64,000 nt of DNA from Mizuhopecten yessoensis (Eukaryota), in assembly GCF_002113885.1 (NCBI RefSeq), contig NW_018406931.1, positions 367,253-431,252 of the forward strand. Reading direction: 5' to 3'. Positions within the stretch are counted from its first letter, which is position 1. Each line of letters begins with the position of its first letter. Positions 53,401-64,000 of the stretch are shown piece by piece. The notes under the pieces were generated by a model. That model saw only the letters and a list, made by a program, of their open reading frames with translations, searched no databases and was not told the DNA's origin. Both the position numbers and the translations under genes were made by a program.

Positions 53401-53647
53401 TGTTGCTATAATACTGGTAGTTACCTTATCGGTTGAGATACCATTTGGTTGTGACGTTATTGATTGTTACAGCTATGCCTGGACGATTGCCCAGTGTCGG
53501 CGCTGTTCCTCACACATGGGCTGGAAGTTCACCTCCACACTGAAGGAATTGAAGCCTCAAAAATTCTGGGGACTGACCAGGTCCTCAGTGGTCCCTGGAC
53601 TCCACAACCTAGACGAGGGAGACGAGGAATGGATGCCAGTCATGTGA
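44470..53647 (+). CDS. CRBN: Cereblon. Exons 44470-44542, 45730-45914, 46272-46474, 47148-47315, 48410-48593, 49920-49985, 50394-50594, 52631-52824, 53473-53647
   Basis: The spliced product has [13 protein letters not shown], the LON-N domain ([45 protein letters not shown]) and the CULT domain ([36 protein letters not shown]). All introns are GT-AG with consistent phases. Confidence 0.96.
47627..48378. repeat. 47-bp minisatellite (~16 copies) in CRBN intron 4
   Basis: Unit GCTGTATCTTTTCTAATGGTAACTGTATACTTGTGTGTGACCCTCTA. Confidence 0.95.
48695..48880 (+). mobile_element. tRNA-derived V-domain-like SINE
   Basis: B-box-like GGTTCAAGGCC, V-like core TTTTTCTCCGGAAACTCCGGCTTTCCTCCAC, and the tail shared with the SINE at ~14.2 kb. 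Confidence 0.72.
50601..50779. mobile_element. TA-flanked MITE immediately after the CRBN exon 7 donor
   Basis: TA|CTGTGTAACACGAA at the left end and TTCATGTTATACAG|TA at the right end. Confidence 0.7.
50823..51177. mobile_element. Intact CATCCT...AGGATG MITE with 9-bp TSD GGTGTACTC
   Basis: TIRs contain CTCTGCACCCCTGGAATATGTC. Same family as 30068-34617, in the opposite orientation. Confidence 0.85.
51483..52247 (-). mobile_element. HINE/CvA-like element
   Basis: TTTTAGATCACCTGAG..CTCAAGTGACCTA hairpin and CGTC microsatellite at one end, GGCCTATATGGGCCTCTTGTT at the other. Confidence 0.75.
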
Positions 53648-53917
53648 TCAGGAATGTGTGCTATTTATAGAATGTTTTGAGATTCCAGCCGAGAAAAAGA
53701 CTTCTGATTACTGTAGCTTTGTATGGTAAATGTCAGTGTTTTAGCAATTTCCACATCAGTCCTGGAGCAATACATTTACAAGCAACAGTTATGTAGTACA
53801 TAGTGTATGATTATATCAATCTGCTTTTTAGTGGGATGCTAATGCATGGGCTGCATATTGAATTGCTAAAATGGTATTGTATTTATCTTCAATAAGATTG
53901 ATCAGTTTGGAAATATG

Positions 53918-54136
53918 TGATATCAAAGTTTTACTTTTTACACAAACAATGTACGTATAAAACGTTTACACAAACAATGTACATATTAAACGTTTGCACA
54001 AACAATGTACGTATTAAACGTTTACACAAACAATGTACATATTAAACGTTTATACAAACAATGTACGTATTAAACCTGACGCATTCTTACGTTTAATACG
54101 TACATTGTTTGTGTAAAAAGTAAAACTTTGATATCA
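53918..54136. repeat. Inverted repeat (~49-bp arms) with five 28-bp tandem units in the left arm
   Basis: TGATATCAAAGTTTTACTTTTTACACAAACAATGTACGTAT and its reverse complement ending at 54136. Confidence 0.88.
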
Positions 54137-55210
54137 GGTATTGTATTTACATTATCAAAAAAGATGACAACCAACTTGCCCTGTAAAGACCGTTTCACCA
54201 CCATTTCTCCCACCCTTCCTAGGGGGAGATAGCCTCGTGTCGATTAGCACATGTTCAATTGTGACATCATTAAAAGTGAAATACGATATTCATACCCCAC
54301 GTGTGTCGTGTTAGACAACAAAAAAACCATCACCCCTCGGGTTGGAGATTTCTCTGTTACACCCTCAAGGTAGAGGAAGATTCTTTTAATCAAAACAGAT
54401 TATGACTGACTTGCCCTGCTGAAGTCTAACTCACAGGAAGTGCTACATATAGATAATGTGTTAAAATGTTTAATGTCAAATAGAAAAGGAAAGAAAGTAA
54501 TGGTGTGTTTGTGTGCAAATTAAAGGTAATCATGTGATCATAGGATATGTTAAATATAGATATGGTAGTCATGTGACCCGGAATACCATAGATTATTAGG
54601 GGATTTCACTGTCCTCAACTATGGATAAGCTTGGTATATATGTGCAGTACAGTGATCTTGATATTAAGAGATGTACATGTTTTATAAAACTGTTTGACTG
54701 CCAGTTGATATGAGAATTTAGCGTCATTGGAATGTAGTGTTTACTAATGATCAGTTCTCTATGGCTTTTGTATTTCTGTGTGGACAAGTGAGGCTAATAT
54801 TGTGATAAGAACACTATAATGAGGCAAAGAATTTCTTTTTACCTGCAGTCAGAACTGACATTGTGCAATCAACTATCTGTGACTCAGATTAAAATCTTGT
54901 CACAAAAAACATTTTCTGCAATGAAATTCATTTGATTTGTTTCAAATTCTAAAACCAAATCATGGATGAATATTTTAAAAAGTCATTATTTTAGGTTTCA
55001 GTGACTTTGTAATTTTAAAGTTTAATATAAAGTGGAAATTAATTGTCTTTCAGGAGTAAAAAACCTACATTCAATAAGTATAGAAAAATGTTTACATTCA
55101 TCTTCTAAGTATCAGGAAAATGCCTAGTGGTAAACAGAAGTGATCTTAAAGTAAAGCAAAGAAAGTAAAGAGGAGAAGCAACTCCTGAATCTGGGTTTCC
55201 GTAACTGTAT

Positions 55211-57496
55211 TGGTACATGGTGCCGACTAGTTAAGACCTACCAGACTGGCCATTGTTAGGGCACAGCACAGCTCTTCGGTGACTGGTACATGGTGCCGAC
55301 TAGTTAAGCCCTACCAGACTGGCCGTTGTTAGGGCACAGCTCTTAGGTGACTGCTACGTGGTGCCGACTATTTAAGACCTACCAGACTGGCCGTTGTCAG
55401 GGCACAGCTCTTAGGTGACTGGTACATGGTTCCGACTAGTTAAGACCTACCAGACTGGCCATTGTTAGGACACAGCTCTTAGGTGACTGCTACATGGTGC
55501 CGACTAGTTAAGACCTTCCAGACTGGCCGGTGTCAGGGCACAGCTCTTAGGTGACTGGTACATGGAGCCGACTAGTTAAGACCTACCAGACTGGCCATTG
55601 TGAGGGCACAGCTCTTAGGTGACTGCTACGCGATGCCGACTAGTTAAGACCTACCGGACTTGCCATTGTTAGGGCACAGCTCTTAGGTGTCTGCTACGTG
55701 GTGCCGACTAGTTAAGACCTACCAGACTGGTCATTGTTAGGGCACAGCTCTTAGGTGACTGGTACATAGTGCCGACTAGTTAAGACCTACCAGACTGGCC
55801 GTTGTTAGGGCACAGCTCTTAGGTGACTGGTACACGGTGCCGACTAGTTAAGACCTACCAGACTGGGCGTTGTTAGGGCACAGCTCTTAGGTGACTGGTA
55901 CACGGTGCCGACTAGTTAAGACCTACCAGACTGGTCATTGTTAGGGCACAGCTCTTAGGTGACTGGTACACGGTGCCGACTAGTTAAGACCTACCAGACT
56001 GGTCATTGTTAGGGCACAGCTCTTAGGTGACTGCTCCGTGGTGCCGACTAGTTAAGACCTACCAGACTGGTCATTGTTAGGGCACAGCTCTTAGGTGACT
56101 GGTACATGGAGCCGACTAGTTAAGACCTACCAGACTGGCCAGTGTTAGGGCACAGCTCTTAGGTGACTGCTACTTGGTGCCGACTAGTTAAGACCTACCA
56201 GACTGGTCGTTGTTAGGGCACATCTCTTAGGTGACTGGTACATGGTGCCGACTAGTTAAGTCCTACCAGACTGGCCATTGTTAGGGCACAGCAATTAGGT
56301 GACTGCTACGTGGTGCCGACTAGTTAAGCCCTACCAGACTGGCCATTGTTAGGGCACAGCACAGCTCTTCGGTGACTGGTACATGGTGCCGACTAGTTAA
56401 GAGCTACCGGACTGGCCATTGTTAGGGCACAGCTCTTAGGAGACTGCTACGTGGTGCCGACTAGTTAAGACCTCCCAGACTGGTCGTTGTTAGGGCACAG
56501 CTCTTAGGTGACTGGTACATGGTTCCGACTAGTTAAGACCTACCACACTGGCCATTGTTAGGGCACAGCAATTAGGTGACTGCTACGTGGTGCCGACTAG
56601 TTAAGACCTCCCAGACTGGCCATTGTTAGGGCACAGCACAGCTCTTCGGTGACTGGTACATGGTGCCGACTAGTTAAGTCCTACCAGACTGGCCATTGTT
56701 AGGGCACAGCACAGCTCTTCGGTGACTGGTACATGGTGCCGACTAGTTAAGTCCTACCAGACTGGCCATTGTTAGGGCACAGCCCTTAGGTGACTGCTAC
56801 GTGGTGCCGACTAGTTAAGCCCTACCAGACTGGCCATTGTTAGGGCACAGCACAGCTCTTCGGTGACTGGTACATGGTGCCGACTAGTTAAGCCCTCCCA
56901 GACTGGCCATTGTTAGGTCACAGCTCTTAGGTGACTGGTACATGGTGCCGACTAGTTAAGCCCTCCCAGACTGGCCATTGTTAGGGCACAGCACAGCTCT
57001 TCGGTGACTGGTACATGGTGCCGACTAGTTAAGAGCTACCGGACTGGCCATTGTTAGGGCACAGCTCTTAGGAGACTGCTACGTGGTGCCGACTAGTTAA
57101 GACCTCCCAGACTGGTCGTTGTTAGGGCACAGCTCTTAGGTTACTGGTACATGGTGCCGACTAGGTAAGACCTACCAGACTGGCCATTGTTAGGGCACAG
57201 CTCTTAGGGGACTGGTACATGGTGCCGACTAGTTAAGACCTACAAGACTGGCCATTGTTAGGGCACAGCTCTTAGGTGACTGCTACGCGATGCCGACTAG
57301 TTAAGACCTACCAGACTTGCCATTGTTAGGGCACAGCTCTTAGGTGACTGCTACGTGGTGCCGACTAGTTAAGACCTACCAGACTTGCCATTGTTAGGGC
57401 ACAGCTCTTAGGTGACTGGTACATGGAGCCGACTAGTTAAGACCTACCAGACTGGCCATTGTTAGGGCACAGCTCTTAGGTGACTGCTACGTGGTG
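55211..57496. repeat. 68-bp minisatellite (~33 copies, some 73-bp variants)
   Basis: Unit GGTACATGGTGCCGACTAGTTAAGACCTACCAGACTGGCCATTGTTAGGGCACAGCTCTTAGGTGACT. Confidence 0.96.
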
Positions 57497-58239
57497 ATGG
57501 TTAAGTGAAAATTTAATAGTGAAAAATTATTTAATTTTTCTTTATTGATGAAAACTGGTTACATGTTAAAAAAGCATTATATTTAATTATACATAAAACA
57601 TCACAGAACAAACAGTATTAAACAATGAAGGTATACTTGCATGAAGTGTTTTTTTTCTGAGACCTGAAATTCCTGATCTGAGTGAGATTTGACTTTCAAC
57701 AATATCTCAAAACTGAAAAATTTGTTATGTCGTAATGAGGTGAAATTTTATTTGTTGTGACATCTTGATCAAATCACCTATCAAAATGTAATGTGATGGG
57801 CCCGTACTGTATAGATATAACTTTGGGGCGGGATTTGGTTTCAAGAATTACATAATTGTGTTAACCAATTAAGAATTCAAAAACTGCACACTTCAGGGTT
57901 AAGTTTAAAAAAGCCATGTGACTTATATATTAATTATAGTCAACATTCTATTTGTTATTATATAATGAAATCACGAAGCTTTAAATACTGTGGCTTAATG
58001 TGTGTAAAGTTCATGCGAGAACTATATATATATATATATATAAAGGCCAATGTTCAAGATTTATTTAATTTTCCTGCCCTTTGAGCTCCTTATTAATGAT
58101 GTAGGGTAGAAATGAATGAAAGGCAAGAAAATGGTAGATATGATTTGTCTATGTGATACTCTGACTGTGATACGAACTACAAATAACTACATTGTACATA
58201 GTATTAGAAATATGTGCTTAAATTAAATTTCCGACTTCT

Positions 58240-58447
58240 TTGGCCAGGTGGTGCATTGGTAAGCACACTCATCTTTCCCCAAGATGACTAGGGTTTGATT
58301 CCCAGATTGGATGTGAAAAAGTGTGTGAAGTCTCCTGCTTTCTCTGGCTTCCTGTAATGTTAAGACCCACTGTGCATTATTCTAAGCTAACAAGTGTGAA
58401 TATTCACAAAATGTAAACTTGTTTCATAATTGTTGTAAAATAAAGTC
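58240..58447 (+). mobile_element. Degenerate tRNA-derived SINE
   Basis: A-box-like TGGTGCATTGG and B-box-like GGTTTGATTCC at tRNA spacing, with an AATAAA-containing end. Confidence 0.5.
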
Positions 58448-58927
58448 TAGTTTAATTTCAGATTATCAAATTTATGCTGAAAAGAAATATGAATGGTGTA
58501 TTTATGTGTACACACTGATCATGAGACCTAATTGCCATTCATAATAAATCATCAATTATGTGTTGCATTGCTCGTAAACAATTCATACAATTGTTGGTGT
58601 TACCCTTTTCCATCTCTAAATACACAATGTTTATATCATAAACCCAAGAGTATCATGAAGCAATATAAACTAATTCCAAATGTTAAAACCATTTAAGCTT
58701 GAATTATTGTATCAGAGTTGGATTTTCCACACATATATAAGTGTAAACATTCGAAATCCAAGGGTTACTTTCTCAACAAAAACATCTTCTCTGCTCCCTA
58801 TCTTATGACAGGATGAAAGGATCATGGTTAGCTCTTTGAATGGTTCTGGACATCATAAACTGACCAATCCCAGTGCTGATAGACAGTGGTACCTGTACTT
58901 TGTATATTATAAAAGGGGTCTATCACA

Positions 58928-58984
58928 TAAAGATAAAAGTGAATCACTCTGATAAAGATACAGAGTGATTCACTTTTATCTTTA
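58928..58984. repeat. Perfect 24-bp inverted repeat with a 9-nt loop
   Basis: TAAAGATAAAAGTGAATCACTCTG-ATAAAGATA-CAGAGTGATTCACTTTTATCTTTA. Confidence 0.9.
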
Positions 58985-59179
58985 ATTCCAGTATTGTATG
59001 AGATCACAGATGTGCAGGAATCCAGGATTGTCAACTTGTAAGATCTGAAAGGTGGTTGGTGCATCTGTCGAAAATCCAATGGTGCAGAACACAGTAGATA
59101 TGTGATTTCTGTAGAAAAATCCTTGGATTTGTGAGATGCATTATTCCTCTTTTTGGACTGTCTTTAGTTCTAAAGGATT

Positions 59180-60050
59180 CAATTTCATTACATATGAGAT
59201 TTATGAAACATGTCTGAACTTTTCATTTAAGTGAGACTCTGAAAAAAAAATTTGAATGATTTCAAAAATCTTATATGAAATGGAAAAAAATTAAAGATCC
59301 CTTTTATCACAATACCAAGAGTTTTTGTGAATATTTGTTTAAACTTGTTTCCCTGACCATTATCAAGTGTCGGACATAACTATTTAGACTTCATGTCAAT
59401 CATCTTCTGTGTTACGTCATGATGCCTTGATGACATCATGCTATTGTCGTAATTCTGATCACAATCAGTATGATTACATGAGGTGCTATGCAATTTCCCT
59501 AAAATCGCAATAATAAGCCTTTAGGAGAAAAAAAGATGCGCAAAATAGATAAGTAGAAGTTTTTTCAGCATTTTCAGCCTCAAAAAAGTAACTGGCAAAT
59601 TACACGGGTTTTTACGGTACAGTGTATTTCAAAATAAGCAGGCCTTGAAAGTAAGCCTTGGATTTCTTGCAGTTGAACATATTTCAGTAATAGACCCTCT
59701 TTGAAAATAGGCTGGTCTTAAAATCAACATTGAATTCCATGTAGGTCTATTCCAATGATCTATTATGGCGACAATTTGTTAAAAGAAACAAAAATCTTGG
59801 AATAAAACCTTGAAAACATTACTTTTTACCAGGCAAAATAAAGGACTTGTAAATATGTCATCGATTGCTTACAGTCTTAGTGATTTAGGAAATAAGACTG
59901 CCTTGAATATTAGCTGGTTTTGAAAATAAGCCTGGGTTTTCTTACTGGATATGAAAATAAGCAATGGCTTATTATTGAGATTTGTGGGTATATGAAAGGA
60001 GTGTATTCACTTTATGACACAAGCAGTCACGTGATAAAATATTTATTTAG
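59180..60050. mobile_element. Second non-coding element related to the Crypton-like remnant, with nested MITE-like sequence
   Basis: ATATGAAATGGAAA..AAGATCC.TTTTATCA and GGAG..TATTCACT...TGATAAAAT match the ends of 6590-7535. AAAATAAGC repeats at 59620-59990 look like a separate insertion. Confidence 0.45.
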
Positions 60051-60644
60051 AGGACAAGTGATCTGATTAGCAGAAGACAAAATTTTGTCCTGACATAGAG
60101 AAGTGAGTAGTATGTAGTATTTACTTGTCATTCAGTGCCAATTATACCCGATTCCAGCGATACTTTTTTTTAATATTGATGAATTCTTCTTCCCAAACCG
60201 TATAAGTTTGTGCTATAAAGAGAAGGTTAGCTAACTTATATCAGTGTTTATGTGAAACTGGAATGAATATTTACTCAGTAGGCGTAGAAATTTAGGGTAT
60301 GTGTTTTCCAGAAACATATTTTGTATGCCTTGGTAACTAATTCATATATGACGTGCATAATATATGGAGATGAGAGATTCAACTGACCCTCCAATACCAA
60401 ACACGAGTACAAAAGATAAAGGTTCACTTTTTAATGATAATTTGCAGCTATAAATGAATGTTTGTTTGGCCTTGAGGGGTTTACTTACTTGATATTGTTA
60501 TGCTTGCTGAAACATTAAAGCTGGCTGATGTTACATAACAGATTCTCTTAGTTTGTTTATTCGTTACAGGAAAATGTCTTTATAAAGTATAAAAATATGT
60601 CATTGTCATCTCAAAGACAGAATTGGAACTCTGTCAATATAGAA

Positions 60645-61200
60645 AACAATAGGAACTGAGGAGAAATAAAAACAAAAGGAAAGACAACAAGAATTGAGAA
60701 GACACCAAAACAGAAGGAAAGACAACATGAACTGAGGAGACACCAAATCAAAAGGAAAGACAACAGGAACTGAGGAGACACCAAAACAAAAGGAAAGACA
60801 ACAGGAACTGAGGAGACACCAAAACAAAAGGAAAGACAACATGAACTGAGGGGACACCAAAACAAAAGGAAAGACAACAGGAACTGAGCAGACATCAAAA
60901 CAAAAGGAAAGACAACAGGAACTGAGGAGACACCAAACCAAAGGAAAGACAACAGAAACTGAGGAGACACCAAAACAAAAGGAAAGACACATGAACTGAG
61001 GGGACACCAAAACAAAAGGAAAGACAACAGGAGCTGAGAAGACGCCAAAACAAAAGGAAATACAACAGGAACTGAGGAGACACCAAATCAAAAAGAAAGA
61101 CAACAGGAACTGAGGAGACACCAAAACAAAAGGAAAGACAACAGGAACTGAGAAGACGCCAAAACAAAAGGAAAGACAACAGGAACTGAGGAGAAACAAA
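60645..61200. repeat. 38-bp purine-rich minisatellite (~14 copies)
   Basis: Unit ACAGGAACTGAGGAGACACCAAAACAAAAGGAAAGACA. Confidence 0.94.
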
Positions 61201-62317
61201 AAAATAGCATACACCTGCAAGTGATTTAAAAGTTGCCTTTTATAGAATAACAAACCTTTATTGGAGAACATGTGGAACACACTAAATGTTACTAGATATC
61301 AGCTTCATTTGAGTTCTGCATTCCCATAAATTAATCATAAAAGTAGTAAAAGTGTTGCAATTTCACCAATAATCACATACCATTACTTAACATGTAAGAT
61401 TGATAGTCACATCATATTTAGGTTTTTAAAATTTAGGATTCTGTCTAGTTCCATTACATTTGCATACTTATATTCTGAAACTAGTTGATATTGACATCTA
61501 TATTTATCCTGATTTCTGGACCTGGAATGAGATGCATATAGGTTGACAACAATGCATAAATTACTCAAAAATCCAGGTTAAAAATTAATTAATTTTTATT
61601 ACCAAGATAACAGATACAATTGTATTTACACAATTTGGAAAGATACTTCACAACAATTGTCTGAGCACTTTGTGCAAATAGGAAACAATGCAATATAAGT
61701 ACTGAATCACATACATGTTTATGTAATTGACAATAACTAACTGGTAAACCATCATCAAATGGTAAGGCTGGTCAACATAATGTTGTATGTGTTTGCCCAC
61801 ATAATGATTTCTCACTTAAAAAAAAAATCTTCCAAAGGGATATTTTCAGTTTAATTAACTGCATTTACTGTACCAGACTACATTTTAACACATGTTAACA
61901 TTCTTCAACAGACAATTGAAAGTATATGCTAAAAGATCAGAATTTAGCTAGAAATACATATATGTTATTGTACCTCATTTACGGAGAGTGCTTAAAGTTC
62001 TCAATTGATGTTGAAGTTATCATCTACATCATTCTGGTGTCTATCAGTATTTAGAATCCTCATAATCATTTTCTTTCAGGTGGAGGAGGGGGATTGCCTC
62101 TGGAGCCCCTTATATTATCATGGCTCCGAATTGGACACGCTGAAGGCCTACGCAGTCCCCAGACCCCTCACCTGAAAGTTTGCCTTCACATCAAATTAAG
62201 CCCAACTATGCCCCGCAAGATGTATAGCTGGTATAATACCATGCTAGCATCATCAATACATTTGTATGTGTCTATATGTACGTAATTATCACTTATGTTT
62301 GTATCCACATCGATTAA

Positions 62318-62407
62318 CCCTTTCACCACTGTAGACCATTACCTGGTATGTACTCATCGAGATGAATGTATGGTCGAGTCTACTCGAGTTACCTAGGGGT
62401 GAAAGGG
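62318..62407. mobile_element. 90-bp piggyBac-like MITE
   Basis: TTAA|CCCTTTCACC...GGTGAAAGGG|TTAA. Confidence 0.82.
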
Positions 62408-64000
62408 TTAAGACAATGCATAAAGTACTTTACATAGAATATATTATCACAGACATTTCATTCTTTTCTGATTTAATTTAAAAACTCCATTAGACATGTA
62501 TGTGATTATGATATTGATGTTTTGGTATAAAACTATTTGTACACAACCACTGTAGCGATAATGTACTCTTCGTAACATGACCAGCATTTAGTTAGAATAA
62601 GATTGGTTGCTGGCCATGTTATATACATTATACACATACACCTGATAAACAGTAGAAAACATAGTTATAAAGTCAGAAATTGTCATTGATGACTATTTTT
62701 TGTTTGTTTACTTCATGGTTTTAGAAAACAAGTAAGTACAACGTAAGATAAATTGATATTCAATTATGTTTTGAATTGTTGCCTTACAAATCAAAGGTTG
62801 ATTCCATGAGTGCCATATGTAACAAACTATAATCCCAGTGATAATTTCTACCTTTACTGTACGTCTCTCAATGCAAAAATCACATTCACAAATTTTTGAT
62901 AAAGTTATGAATCTGTTTGTATGTTTAGCATGTCTGTTGGGTTATGAAATACACATGAGTCCATTACATCTCAGATGTCATTTGAAGAACTGTAGCCATA
63001 TCAGGACTCCGAAGATAAAGTATCATTTTGGTGTAAATTTATTCTTGATACCAATACAGAGTTATTTTTATACATGACCTATATAAACCCTGAGAGGCAA
63101 GATCTATCTACAAGCTATTCACATTTAAATACAAGCCCTGGGTCAAATAAGATTGTCATAATCTGTACACAAAACCATATCAACCATATTATCTGTGACA
63201 CAGAAATTAAATGGATGGTATGTAGAATTTTCAGTCTTTTCCAGAAATTTGTCAAGTTGTAAATTTTAAGTTTTTCTCCTTGAAAGAACGAAAACAACTG
63301 ATTTTCAGCCTTTATGTCCATGATCTCATTTTCATCACCAATGTAGTTGGGGGTGGTGTTACCCTTTACATATAGTTTTACTAAATATGGCACAGACCCT
63401 CAAACATTTAAAATTAACATGATGCATGCGCTAAACAAACACCAGCACAATATGACACTAATTTTTGTTACGTAGTTAATATTTGTCACACCACATTTCA
63501 ATAAACAGACTATCACAAGATCCAATAAGAGTTGAATTACAATCCTAACAAAGGCATCTCTGATTAAAGCAAGGTGCGGCTATATCTGAGGACAGCTATA
63601 ACACATCTTCTGTGATGTGATCTGTGTGACTATTTGCTGAAATATAAACATGTATCGCAGGATACCTGTGGTAAAAGTTGCATTGGTTTTCCAATTATTG
63701 GACCAACTTATTTTCAACCAATCATACTTAATTTAACTTGCATTCAAACGTAAAGAAATTCTTTTTAAAAAAAACCAAAAAAACATACTACATTAATAAC
63801 TGACAGGATGAGGCCAGTTAAAAAGAAAGTAAACACTAATTACAAACAAATGAGTAAATAAATCCATTAAATTTCTAAAGAAAGCTTACCTTCACATAAC
63901 ACTATTTTTTGCAAGGGAAAATATATTAGATATCTGCGGTCAATTAATGCAATTGTTTTAAAACCAGTAAGTCTAAGTACTGTTAATAGATGGATCATGC

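Noticed and set aside
53464-53670. 68-aa plus-strand ORF
   Set aside because: It is the wrong frame of CRBN exon 9; the spliced frame reads YAWTIAQC.
60606-61280. Hydrophobic 224-aa and overlapping ORFs
   Set aside because: They are artefacts of a 38-bp repeat whose minus strand has almost no A and therefore few stop codons.
58828-63393. Possible minus-strand exons near 58.98-59.11 kb and 63.1-63.4 kb
   Set aside because: They have a coding-like look but no recognisable domain or consistent splice chain. RNA-seq or homology searches would be needed.

Overview
This is AT-rich, intron-containing animal DNA, most likely from a bivalve mollusc (inferred from the TE/SINE types and the TRIM-like gene family). 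It contains no prokaryotic operons, CRISPR array, rRNA or true tRNA. The left half (1-30 kb) holds decayed LINEs, a Crypton remnant and a minus-strand tandem cluster of intronless RING-less B-box/coiled-coil/beta-propeller (TRIM-NHL-like) genes: three intact copies and two pseudogenes. Inside the cluster is an apparently orphan terminal exon encoding three tandem NEMO/optineurin-type ubiquitin-binding zinc fingers. A fully reconstructable nested transposon stack lies at 30.1-34.6 kb. The right half has DNAJB9 (ERdj4, minus strand, with an Asp/His-rich expansion) head-to-head with a 9-exon cereblon (CRBN) gene, plus minisatellites, MITEs and hairpins. The best candidate for an undescribed system is the mosaic TRIM-NHL-like array with the triple zinc-finger exon, but a functional link between them is inference only. 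All coordinates were read by eye.
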